Numbered from the stretch's first letter, positions 11,679 to 19,585 are shown. The stretch is DNA of 64,000 nucleotides from an uncultured delta proteobacterium (GCA_963822965.1 CAWGJT010000010.1:384001-448000); one strand, 5' to 3'. The notes: generated from the letters alone by a model not told the origin. Made by a program: numbers and translations.

Positions 11679-12638
11679 CTACGCGCGGGCGGGGACGAAG
11701 CGCCCGCCCGCCCAGATTCCGTCCCGGGCGCGGACGTCCGCCGGCACCCGCTCCCCGGGCCACACCACCACACGTTGGAGGGAGGCGCCCGGCTCCACCA
11801 CGGCTCCCTCCCCCAGAATCACGATCTCCTCGTTGCGCTGCGATCGCCGTGAGCCGTTGGACCCCGGTCCGACGATCGTCGCAGCCGGTCTCCCCGGGAT
11901 CTCCGACGCGTAGGAGAGGGGCGGAGGCTCCAGGTTGGCCGTCCAGTACTCTTCGGTCGTCCCCACCGGTTCCCAAAGGAAATGCTCGGCGGGAATCGCG
12001 TCGCAGCGGACGTCGCGCGCGCCGGCTCGAACCAGGGGCGCGAGCCAGTCCGTCAGGTCCTCGAAGGCCGTGGCCGGGGGCCAGTCGGTCAGGCCGCGCG
12101 CCGAGACGATCCGGATGCCGGGAAACAGGCCCAGGTGCGTCTCGCCGCCGAGGTCGAGGCGCCGGCCGACCCGGCGCAGGCAGCCCTCGTCGTCCGCGCC
12201 CAGGGTTCCGAAGGAGGCCGCCCGGGGGTCGTTGCTCCGCAACAGCAGCGTGTAGCGGTCCCCGCGTTCGCGATGGCGTCGGACCGCCGCCTGTAGATCG
12301 AAGTCGACGAGCATGTCGCCGGCGAGCACCAGCGAGGGGTCGCTCTGCCGCAGGAAGTCGGCGACGGCGCGGATGCCGCCGCCGGTCCCGAGCAGCTCCG
12401 TCTCCTCGGAGTAGACGACCCGGAGCCCCGGCGGGCGGTGGCGCTCGACGGCGTCCCGCACGCTGTCGGGCAGATGATGGAGGTTGATCACCACCTCGTT
12501 GACATCGTGCTTCGCCAGCAGCGTGAGCGTGTGCGCGATCACCGGAATTCCCCGGATCGGCATGGCCGGCTTGGCGCACCAGTCGGAAAGGGGCCGGAGC
12601 CGGGTCCCCAGGCCCGCGGCCAGGATCATGGCGCGCAT
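11679..12638 (-). CDS. murU: nucleotidyltransferase, MurU-like (MurNAc-1P uridylyltransferase)
   Basis: MRAMILAAGLGTRLRPL...KP, VINLHHL, LLGTGGG; overlaps an AmgK-like gene. Confidence 0.72.
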   Translation of the reverse strand: MRAMILAAGLGTRLRPLSDWCAKPAMPIRGIPVIAHTLTLLAKHDVNEVVINLHHLPDSVRDAVERHRPPGLRVVYSEETELLGTGGGIRAVADFLRQSDPSLVLAGDMLVDFDLQAAVRRHRERGDRYTLLLRSNDPRAASFGTLGADDEGCLRRVGRRLDLGGETHLGLFPGIRIVSARGLTDWPPATAFEDLTDWLAPLVRAGARDVRCDAIPAEHFLWEPVGTTEEYWTANLEPPPLSYASEIPGRPAATIVGPGSNGSRRSQRNEEIVILGEGAVVEPGASLQRVVVWPGERVPADVRARDGIWAGGRFVPARA

Positions 12639-13693
12639 GGAGACTCCGGGAGCGACTCGAAGAGCCGTTGGAGCCGTTCGAGCCGCGCATCCCAGGGGGC
12701 CGCCTCGCGAGCGGCGGCGCGCAGGGTTCGCGCCGCCCGGGGCAACAATGCCAGGTAGCGCGTGTCACCGCGGGTGTGCGCCGCGTACAGGTAGCGGGCG
12801 AGATCCTTGCCGTTGCGGGTGAGCGTGAGCAGCGCGAAGCGACGTGCGAAGACCTCCGGGCTCGGCCGGTCGGGCAACGCCTGCCGAGTCTCCTCGAGTC
12901 GCGAACGGACGAAGCGCTCGTCGAGCGCGACGTGAGAATCGCGCAGCAGGCAGACCAGGTCGTACTCGGGCGGTGCCAGCAGCGCGCCCTGCAGGTCGAT
13001 CATCACGAGCCGCCGGCCCGGCTCGCCGCCGGGCCGCAGATGCAGATTGGCCGCCTTGTAGTCGCGGTGGGACAGGCGCTGGGGTGCCTGCCGGGACTCC
13101 CGGGCCACCAGCGCGAAGGCATCCCGGACGACCTCGGCCTCGGCGGGCGTCCCCGCACGACCGAGCGCCCACGGCAGCACCCACTCGACCACCTGCTCGG
13201 CCTTGTAGGTGAAGAAGGCCTCGCCCAGACGCCGGTCGAAGCGCGGCAGGTCGTCCGCCGGCGACACGGCCTGCAGGCGCGGGATCCAGGCGCAGGCCTC
13301 CGCGTAGAGCGCTCGGACCTCGTCTGCGGGTCGGTGCCGGGCGGCCGTCTCGAGGCTCTCGCGGCCTGCGTCTTCGAGCAGCATCGTCTCGGGCGTGCAC
13401 GCGTAGCAGACCGGCACGGGCAGTCCGCGTCGCTCCAGCAGGCTGCGGATGGGCTCGAGGGGCGGCTCGGGCGGGAGGCCGGGGGGACGCAGGGCCGGGT
13501 CTTCCGGCGCCTCGACGCGCGCCACCACGGTCTCCGGCGGGCCGGCCGCGAGCTGCAGCCGATAGAAGCGGCGCTGCCCCAGTCCGGCCTCGATCGGCTC
13601 GATGCCCAGGACGGGCCGACCCAGGGTCTCGCCCGCGAGCGCCACGACGCGATCGCGGATCGCGCGCTCCTCGTCTTCGCTCCGAGCCGTCAC
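12626..13693 (-). CDS. amgK: APH-family phosphotransferase, AmgK-like anomeric MurNAc/GlcNAc kinase
   Basis: RRFYRL, LLEDAG, HRDYKAANL, MIDLQGALLAPPEYDLVCLLRD; coupled to the murU-like gene. Confidence 0.72.
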   Translation of the reverse strand: MTARSEDEERAIRDRVVALAGETLGRPVLGIEPIEAGLGQRRFYRLQLAAGPPETVVARVEAPEDPALRPPGLPPEPPLEPIRSLLERRGLPVPVCYACTPETMLLEDAGRESLETAARHRPADEVRALYAEACAWIPRLQAVSPADDLPRFDRRLGEAFFTYKAEQVVEWVLPWALGRAGTPAEAEVVRDAFALVARESRQAPQRLSHRDYKAANLHLRPGGEPGRRLVMIDLQGALLAPPEYDLVCLLRDSHVALDERFVRSRLEETRQALPDRPSPEVFARRFALLTLTRNGKDLARYLYAAHTRGDTRYLALLPRAARTLRAAAREAAPWDARLERLQRLFESLPESPCAP

Positions 13694-13721
13694 GGGCGGG
13701 AGCGTCCCCGGCGCGGCCGGC

Positions 13722-15050
13722 TCATCGCACGGCTCCGAAGAAGAGGTGGCAGGCCGCCACCGCGCCCACGAAGCCCGCGACGTCCCCCGTCAGGCAGGCC
13801 GCCAGCGCGTGGCGGCCCTGGGTGATGCGGGCCGCGCCGTAGTACAGCGCCAGCACGTAGAAGGTGGTCTCGGTGGAGCCCTGGAGGGTGCTCGTCAACA
13901 TGCCGATGAACGAGTCCGGACCGTAGGCGGTGAGCGTCTCGCTCATGACGCCGAACGATCCCGACCCCGACAGTGGACGTAGGAGTGCCATGGGCATCAC
14001 CTCGGCCGGGACGCCCACGGCCTGGGTGTAGGGGGCGATCGCCTCGATCACCCGGTCCAGCAGCCCCGAGCCGCGCAGCATCTTCACGGCGGCGATGATC
14101 GCGACGAGGTAGGGGACGATGCGGACCGCCACGTCGAGCCCCTCCTTGCCTCCCGCGATCATCGACTCGTAGACCGACACGCGGCCGGCGACCCCGATCA
14201 GCAGCGAGCCCACGATCAGCATCGGGAAGGCCCAGACCTGGGCGAGGGAGAGCAGGGCGCTGGCCACGCCCACGTCGGCCGCGTCGCGGTGGAGCTGCAG
14301 GGCGAACCCGACCGTCAGGGCGGCGAGCACGCCGAAGACCAGCAGCAGCCGGCCGGGTGCGGGGGGGCGCGGGTCGCGCCGGCTCGCGTCGCCTTCCCCG
14401 GACGCGTAGGCGTCTTCTTCCTCGGCCTCCGTTTCGGCCGCGGGCAGGGCGGACGCCGGCACCGCGCGGAAGGCCGGCAGCCGCCGAAGCAGGTAGAACA
14501 TGGCGACCGCCGCCAGGGTCGAGCAGGTCGTCGCGATCAGGGTCGGGACGTAGATCGCGTCCGCCTGGGTCGAGCCGGCCGCGGCGCGGACGAAGATGGT
14601 TCCGCTCGGCGGGACGAGCGTGATGGCGGACGTGTTGATGGCGAGGAACAGCACCATCGCATCGGAGGCGGTCCGGGAGTGGCCGTTCAGCTTGGACAGC
14701 TCGGTCATGGCCTTCAGGCCGAAGGGCGTGGCCGCGTTGCCCAGCCCGAGCATGTTGGAAGCCATGTTCATCACGATGGCACCCATGGCGGGGTGGTCGG
14801 GTGGGACCTCGGGAAAGAGACGCCGCAGCAGGGGCGACAGGCCTCGCGCGATCCAGTCCCGCAGGCCGCCGTCGAAGGCCACGCGGATCACGCCGAGCAT
14901 GAAGATCATGCCGCCGACGAGACCGATCACGAGGTTGACGGCGTCCTTGGAGCCGTCGACGAGGCCCTGTGAGACCTGGGTCATGCGACCGGTGAACGCG
15001 GCGTAGACGACCGAGCAGAGGATCAGCCCGAGCCAGATCCAGTTGAGCAC
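13722..15050 (-). CDS. SpmA/SpmB fusion, nucleoside-recognition (Gate) membrane protein
   Basis: LNWIW, LFPEVPPDHPAMG, ASNMLGLGNAATPFGLKAM (SpmA); ALLRPLSGSGS, GSTETTFYVLALYYG (SpmB). Confidence 0.9.
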   Translation of the reverse strand: MLNWIWLGLILCSVVYAAFTGRMTQVSQGLVDGSKDAVNLVIGLVGGMIFMLGVIRVAFDGGLRDWIARGLSPLLRRLFPEVPPDHPAMGAIVMNMASNMLGLGNAATPFGLKAMTELSKLNGHSRTASDAMVLFLAINTSAITLVPPSGTIFVRAAAGSTQADAIYVPTLIATTCSTLAAVAMFYLLRRLPAFRAVPASALPAAETEAEEEDAYASGEGDASRRDPRPPAPGRLLLVFGVLAALTVGFALQLHRDAADVGVASALLSLAQVWAFPMLIVGSLLIGVAGRVSVYESMIAGGKEGLDVAVRIVPYLVAIIAAVKMLRGSGLLDRVIEAIAPYTQAVGVPAEVMPMALLRPLSGSGSFGVMSETLTAYGPDSFIGMLTSTLQGSTETTFYVLALYYGAARITQGRHALAACLTGDVAGFVGAVAACHLFFGAVR

Positions 15051-15119
15051 CGGTACCCCCCAGCCCAGTGATCGGTATGCGATTGCTGTCCCGCAGGCTC
15101 GGGGATAAGCTCGCGCAAG

Positions 15120-15146
15120 TCAAGCTTTCCTCCCCCCGGCCGATGG
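15120..15146 (+). promoter_or_regulatory. sigma28-like promoter motif TCAAG-N14-GCCGATGG upstream of dacB
   Basis: Same motif as the other five copies; spacer is one base shorter and spans a C6 homopolymer. Confidence 0.45.
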
Positions 15147-15248
15147 CTTGCTCCAGGTGTGCGCGGCGACGTCGCGCCGACGCAGAGCGGGCGTGGTGCG
15201 TGCGGTCACGATGGAGCGTGGGAGGATCCGCCAGGTCATGAACAGCCC

Positions 15249-16709
15249 ATGAAGGAGCAGGTGGGCGTCCGGATCGCGGCGGTGTTGCTGCTCGCGCTGC
15301 TCGTCCTGTCGCCCGTGCCCGCGGTGCGGGCGGCGGCGGAGGGGGTGCCCAAGCGCCCGACCACCCCGCTCGCCATGAAGCTCGAGGCGGCCCTCGCCGT
15401 GAAGGGACTGCGGCGGGCGCGCGTGTCGGCGCTCGTGGTGCGTGCAAGCGACGGCGAGGTGCTCTTCGAGCGCTCGCCCGATCGCGCGCTCACGCCCGCG
15501 TCGAACATGAAGATCCTGACGGCGCTGGCCGCGCTCCAGACCTTCGGACCCACCTATCGCTTCGAGACGCCGATCCTCGCGGACGCGCCCCTCGACGCCG
15601 ACGGTGGCGTCCACGAGCTCTTCGTGCGCGGCGCGGGCGATCCGGTGCTGAACTCCGAGGACTGGTGGCGGATCGCCGCCGACCTGCATGCCCACGGGCT
15701 GCGTCGTGTGAGCGGCGACATCGTGCTGGACGACGGCGTCTTCGATTCCGCGCGCTGGCATCCCGACTGGGGTGCCGTCTCTTCCCGCGCCTACCACGCG
15801 CCGGTGGGGGGCATCTCGGCGAACTACGGCGCCTTCGCCGTGACGGTCCGACCGGGAGCCCGGGCGGGTGATCCCGTCTCGGTGGAGGTGGATCCGCCGA
15901 TCCCCTATCTGCGGATCGCCAATCGCGCCCGAACGGGCCACCGCAAGGAGCGCAGCTCGCTCGTCGTCGATCGCTCGGCCGCCGGGGACGTGGAGCTCGT
16001 CACCGTCGACGGCGTGGCTCCGGTGGGTGGCCCGGTGCGGACCTACTACCGCAGCGTCCTCGACCCGGTGCGGTATGCGGGTGCGATCTTCGCGATGCAG
16101 CTTCGCGCCCTGGGAATCGAGGTCGGCGGCGCTGTACGCGCCGGGTCGGTTCCCGACGGTGCGGCTCCCCTGCTGGTCTTCAAGGGACGCCCTCTGGGCG
16201 AGATCGTTCGTCTCTTCATGAAGTACAGCAACAACGTGGTCGCGGAGTCGCTCGTCAAGGCCATGGGTGCCCACGCCACGGGGGCCCCCGGCTCGTGGAA
16301 GAACGGAATCGCGGCTTCGCGCGCCGCGCTCGTCTCGCTGGGCGTCGACCTCGACGGGCTCTTCCTCGTCGACGGCTCGGGGCTGTCCTACCGGGACAAG
16401 CTCACGCCGCGGGTTCTGGTGGAGGCCCTGCGCATCGCTCGCCGCTCGTTCCGGATCGGCCCCGAGCTGACGGCGGCGCTCCCCATCGCGAACGGCGACG
16501 GCACCCTGAAGAAGCGGGTCGAGGCGGCGCCGGGCAAGGTGCGCGCGAAGACGGGGCTGCTGAACCGGGTGACTTCCCTGTCCGGCTTCGCCGAGCTCGA
16601 CGGCGGCGACGTGGCCGTGTTCTCGGTGCTGACGAACGGCTATCGCGGCAGCGACGAGGAGGCGATGGCCGCCCTCGACGAGTTCGTGGCGGTGCTCTCG
16701 GGGTCGTGA
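15249..16709 (+). CDS. dacB: D-alanyl-D-alanine carboxypeptidase/endopeptidase (PBP4, peptidase S13)
   Basis: Signal peptide; PASNMK (SxxK), KYSNN (SxN), DGSGLS, AKTG; start may be GTG 15261. Confidence 0.93.
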   Translation: MKEQVGVRIAAVLLLALLVLSPVPAVRAAAEGVPKRPTTPLAMKLEAALAVKGLRRARVSALVVRASDGEVLFERSPDRALTPASNMKILTALAALQTFGPTYRFETPILADAPLDADGGVHELFVRGAGDPVLNSEDWWRIAADLHAHGLRRVSGDIVLDDGVFDSARWHPDWGAVSSRAYHAPVGGISANYGAFAVTVRPGARAGDPVSVEVDPPIPYLRIANRARTGHRKERSSLVVDRSAAGDVELVTVDGVAPVGGPVRTYYRSVLDPVRYAGAIFAMQLRALGIEVGGAVRAGSVPDGAAPLLVFKGRPLGEIVRLFMKYSNNVVAESLVKAMGAHATGAPGSWKNGIAASRAALVSLGVDLDGLFLVDGSGLSYRDKLTPRVLVEALRIARRSFRIGPELTAALPIANGDGTLKKRVEAAPGKVRAKTGLLNRVTSLSGFAELDGGDVAVFSVLTNGYRGSDEEAMAALDEFVAVLSGS

Positions 16710-16722
16710 GCCGGCGCGTGCC

Positions 16723-17427
16723 TCAGGACGACGCGTCGGCGCGCTCGGCGGCCGCTGCGACCTCGTCGTAGATCCGCATCACCTGCTTGACGTAGACCTC
16801 CGGCACGCGGGCCTTCCGTCGGATTCGCCCGTCGATGCGTCCCGGCCCCCAGTTGTAGGCGGCCAGGGCCGTCGGCACGTGATCGTAGCGGTCGGACAGC
16901 GCTCGCAGGTACGCGATTCCCAGCTTCACGTTGACCACCGGATCGAAGAGCGTGGCCGGTCCATACCAGGGGATGCCGCGCTTGCGGGCGAGCTCTTCGC
17001 CCGTCGCGGGCATGAGCTGCATCAGGCCGAGCGCGCCCACCGGCGAGACCGCGCGGTGATAGCCGGCGCTCTCCACCTGGATCACGGCCAGCACCAGGCC
17101 GACCTCGACGTCCTGGGCCGCCGCCTCGTCGACGATGGTGCGAGCCACCTGGCGGATCTCACGACTGGAGAGCCCCGTGTGGCGCTCGTCGAGGTAGGTC
17201 ATCACGCGTCGGATCTCGACCTGACGTTCGTCGAGAGCGACCGATCCGCCCTCGATCCCCGCGATCGTGTCGGCGAGGGAGTGCCGGGACGGGGGCGGTG
17301 TGGCCACCGGCGGCAGGCCCGCCAGCTCGTCCGCGCCGGGCGGGGCCGGGACGGGGCCGGTGAGCACCTGACACGACAGGGCCAGGGTGCCGAGCAATCC
17401 GAGGCTTGCGAGAACCAGGCGCTGCAT
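16723..17427 (-). CDS. lytic transglycosylase (SLT domain) lipoprotein
   Basis: ALSC lipobox-like; VIQVES, AVSPVGALGLMQLMP, ALAAYNWG. Confidence 0.9.
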   Translation of the reverse strand: MQRLVLASLGLLGTLALSCQVLTGPVPAPPGADELAGLPPVATPPPSRHSLADTIAGIEGGSVALDERQVEIRRVMTYLDERHTGLSSREIRQVARTIVDEAAAQDVEVGLVLAVIQVESAGYHRAVSPVGALGLMQLMPATGEELARKRGIPWYGPATLFDPVVNVKLGIAYLRALSDRYDHVPTALAAYNWGPGRIDGRIRRKARVPEVYVKQVMRIYDEVAAAAERADASS

Positions 17428-17428
17428 C

Positions 17429-17764
17429 TCAGTGGACTCCCAACGGCGACACCCCGAGGTCGCGCATGGCGGCCACGTTGTTCAGCACCGCGTAGGCGGT
17501 GGTCGAAGCGATGAACAGGAGCAGTCCGAGCTTCACGCTGCGGCCGAAGCGGTGGGTGAAGACCAGGAAGGCGATTGCGAAGAGCGTCACCGCGGTGTCG
17601 ATGGCGAGACCCGGTACCAGCCCGGCGGTCCCGAACAGCCAGGCCGCCAGGGGGTTCGCCTCGATGACCTGCCATCCCTGCACCGGCACCCGCAGACACT
17701 GGTAGGTGGTCCAGTGATCCGCACCCGTGAGCAGCAAGGTGAGTCCCGCAAGCGCCCGCAGCAT
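17429..17764 (-). CDS. small membrane protein, DUF5658-like
   Basis: MLRALAGLTLLLTGADHWTT...EANPLAAWL, further TM helices; abuts the slt start. Confidence 0.7.
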   Translation of the reverse strand: MLRALAGLTLLLTGADHWTTYQCLRVPVQGWQVIEANPLAAWLFGTAGLVPGLAIDTAVTLFAIAFLVFTHRFGRSVKLGLLLFIASTTAYAVLNNVAAMRDLGVSPLGVH

Positions 17765-17842
17765 CCGTTCTCGACCCCCGGTTCGGCGGGTGGTCCGGAG
17801 CTCGCCGCAGCCCGGAAACGCCCGCGATCGATGATGGGCTAG

Positions 17843-17858
17843 AGCAAGAAGCATGCCC
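17843..17858 (-). promoter_or_regulatory. putative sigma54 -24/-12 promoter GGGCATGCTTCTTGCT
   Basis: GG-N10-GC with GGCATG and TTGCT, about 80 nt upstream of the DUF5658-like/slt pair. Confidence 0.5.
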
Positions 17859-18132
17859 CGGGGCCGTCGGGGACGGGGCGGGACGTGGCGGAGCGGGCAC
17901 TTGCTGCGCACCGTTGCCGTCGATCTGCCGGAGCGAGAGGGCGCGTGCTCGGCGCCGGGCCCGGGGGGCAGGGTAGTCGGTTTCCGCTTTTCTCCGGGCT
18001 CGGGCGACCTTCTCGACGGTCGCCGGCGGCGGGCTGCGGAGGGCGGAATGCGGGTGGAAGGAAGGGTGGGGCGGAGCGGGGTGGGACGCCCGGCCCCGCG
18101 CGGCGCCGGCACCCTGCGTGGGCGCGGGCGAG

Positions 18133-18169
18133 GGCGCGGGTCGGTGGGAGAGGCGCGGGTCGGTGGGAG
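18133..18169. repeat. direct repeat GGCGCGGGTCGGTGGGAG x2 within a G-run-rich tract
   Basis: Exact 18-mers at 18133-18150 and 18152-18169. Confidence 0.85.
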
Positions 18170-18182
18170 TAGAGCGGCTCGA

Positions 18183-18424
18183 GGGCCGGGCGCAGCCCCA
18201 GGGCCGCGCCCGGCCCCGGGTGCGTGCGCTCCAAGCGAGCCGACCCAGGACGGGTCGGCTCGTGGTGTGGACGAATCCTACGGATTCATCCGGCAGGAGC
18301 ATGACCCGAGAACCGGGTCATGCTCTGCCGCAACGGGAATCCTTGAGACTCCCGATCTGGCAGAGGGAGCCCGATGGGCTCGCTTTGCGACGGAGCCGCG
18401 ATCCAAGACCTCGTCCTGGCCGCG
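18183..18424 (-). ncRNA. candidate structured RNA / structured 3' trailer with seven tandem stem-loops
   Basis: Hairpins at 18183-18216, 18236-18262, 18270-18290, 18291-18330, 18334-18354, 18360-18388, 18397-18424; four have A/C mismatches on + that become G-U pairs on -. Confidence 0.45.
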
Positions 18425-18428
18425 CGTC

Positions 18429-18665
18429 CTAGCGGCGCCGCATGCGGCCCTTGCCGAGCAGCAGCCAGTCCAGGGAGATGCTCTCCTTGTTGGCCAGCGT
18501 GATCAGGAAGTCGGTGTGCGGGGTCGTTCCGTTCTCGTAGCGGTTGACGTTCTGCTGGAAGACGCCGAGGTCGCGGGCGAACTGTCGCTGGGAGCGATCT
18601 CCGCGTACCTGGGCGATGCGCTCCGGCAGCTTCTTCTTGATGCGGTTCAGTGTGGCGGTGGACAT
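18429..18665 (-). CDS. XRE/Cro-C1 family helix-turn-helix regulator (78 aa)
   Basis: RIAQVRGDRSQRQFARDLGVFQQNVNRYENG...ISLDWLLLGKG; ATG at 18665. Confidence 0.9.
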   Translation of the reverse strand: MSTATLNRIKKKLPERIAQVRGDRSQRQFARDLGVFQQNVNRYENGTTPHTDFLITLANKESISLDWLLLGKGRMRRR

Positions 18666-18790
18666 TTCCTTTTGCTCTCCTGTTTTTGCCTTTATCCTGG
18701 CTTTCCTGGTTCTTGCTCTCGTCCCGGTGACGGTTCCGGGCTCCTCTCCAGTCTGTGTCATCACGACTCGGCGTCTCGTTCCCGGGTCGG

Positions 18791-18853
18791 CTATCTCGAT
18801 GGCCGTCTCGGCCGCTCTCTCGATGGCTCTCTCGATGGTTCTCTCGATGGCTC
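18791..18853. repeat. 12-bp tandem repeat (CTCTCTCGATGG-like), 3 close copies plus 2 degenerate
   Basis: ctctctcgatgg ctctctcgatgg ttctctcgatgg read directly at 18815-18850. Confidence 0.85.
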
Positions 18854-19252
18854 ACCCGTCCGCCGGGTCCGCCTTCCGAATCCGGATTCGGTCCCGGCGG
18901 CTCTGCGACCCTCGCGCGCCGACCCTTCTGACGACGCCGGCGCACATGAAGTTGCACCGGCCGCCGCTCGTCGTCCCGACTCGTCTCGGGCAGCCGGCGC
19001 TTGCGGCCACACCCGGCTAGCCACGTCCATCCTGGCTTCCGGGGTGAGAAGGTCGTTAGTCGAGTGCGCCGGGACCGCTTCTTGCGTTACGTGCTTTGCG
19101 GACGCCGCTCGCGCCTCTCGCGGCTCTCGCGGCTCTTCGCGGCTCTCGCGCCTTTCGCGGCTCTCGCGCCTTTCTCGCCTTTCGCGGCCCTCGCGCCTTT
19201 TGCGGTCCCCGCGGCCCTTGCGTCGGTTGCGGACGTGCGCCACGTACGTCAC
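18791..19252 (-). CDS. possible Arg/Glu-rich low-complexity protein or leader peptide
   Basis: Both repeat tracts (9- and 12-bp periods) read in frame as RERRES/EPSR repeats; GTG lies just downstream of a sigma70-like promoter; no recognisable domain. Confidence 0.3.
   Translation of the reverse strand: MTYVAHVRNRRKGRGDRKRREGRERRERRESRERRESREEPREPREARAASAKHVTQEAVPAHSTNDLLTPEARMDVASRVWPQAPAARDESGRRAAAGATSCAPASSEGSAREGRRAAGTESGFGRRTRRTGEPSREPSREPSRERPRRPSR
18876..18891. promoter_or_regulatory. perfect 16-bp palindrome CCGAATCCGGATTCGG, candidate operator or hairpin
   Basis: Identical to its own reverse complement; upstream of the XRE gene. Confidence 0.4.
19096..19235. repeat. degenerate 9-bp tandem repeat (GGCTCTCGC / GCCTTTCGC), A-free on +, bounded by TTGCGGACG direct repeats
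   Basis: No A from 19103 to 19232; TTGCGGACG at 19096-19104 and 19227-19235. Confidence 0.85.
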
Positions 19253-19297
19253 GAAGGTTCACACGAAAGCGTCGGTCTGGCTCGTGCGACGCGGCGC

Positions 19298-19325
19298 ATT
19301 GTATACGAGGTCCAGTCATGGGCAA
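19298..19325 (-). promoter_or_regulatory. putative sigma70 promoter TTGCCC-N16-TACAAT pointing toward the XRE gene
   Basis: AT-rich -10 hexamer (5/6 match) in GC-rich DNA with a TTG -35. Confidence 0.5.
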
Positions 19326-19585
19326 GTCCGGAAGATGGGTTCGGGTGACGCGAAAGGTTGCAGGTGCGGTCGCGGGCACTGCATCGTCCACGAGAGGGAA
19401 CCCCCGTCGTTGCTTCCGGTTCCGCTCGTACGTCTTCTCGCGGCGGTCGCTGGTTGCTAGGCGTTCCCGCCGACCTCATAGGGAGAAACCCTGATGTGTC
19501 GTCGTGTTATTCGGGAGCACCCTGCTCGATTCGCCCGAGCGGCCGACGCATTCGCGTCGGATCGCCAGAGCCCACGGAGGGGATC

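Noticed and set aside
15137..15152. sigma54-like GG-N10-GC upstream of dacB
   Set aside because: Poor -24 box (CGGCCG); better explained as part of the sigma28-like motif.
18791..19235. CRISPR-like array
   Set aside because: Units are 9-12 bp tandem repeats without unique spacers; no cas genes in the window.
19310..19400. Possible c-di-GMP-I (GEMM) riboswitch (GGGCAAG...GACGCGAAAG)
   Set aside because: Only loose similarity; the GNRA-capped P2 stem and receptor were not found, and the GGGCAA doubles as the minus-strand -35 box. An Rfam scan would settle it.
17765..19585. Prophage or mobile-element remnant around the XRE gene
   Set aside because: No integrase, transposase, tRNA attachment site or phage genes; the flanking genes are housekeeping.
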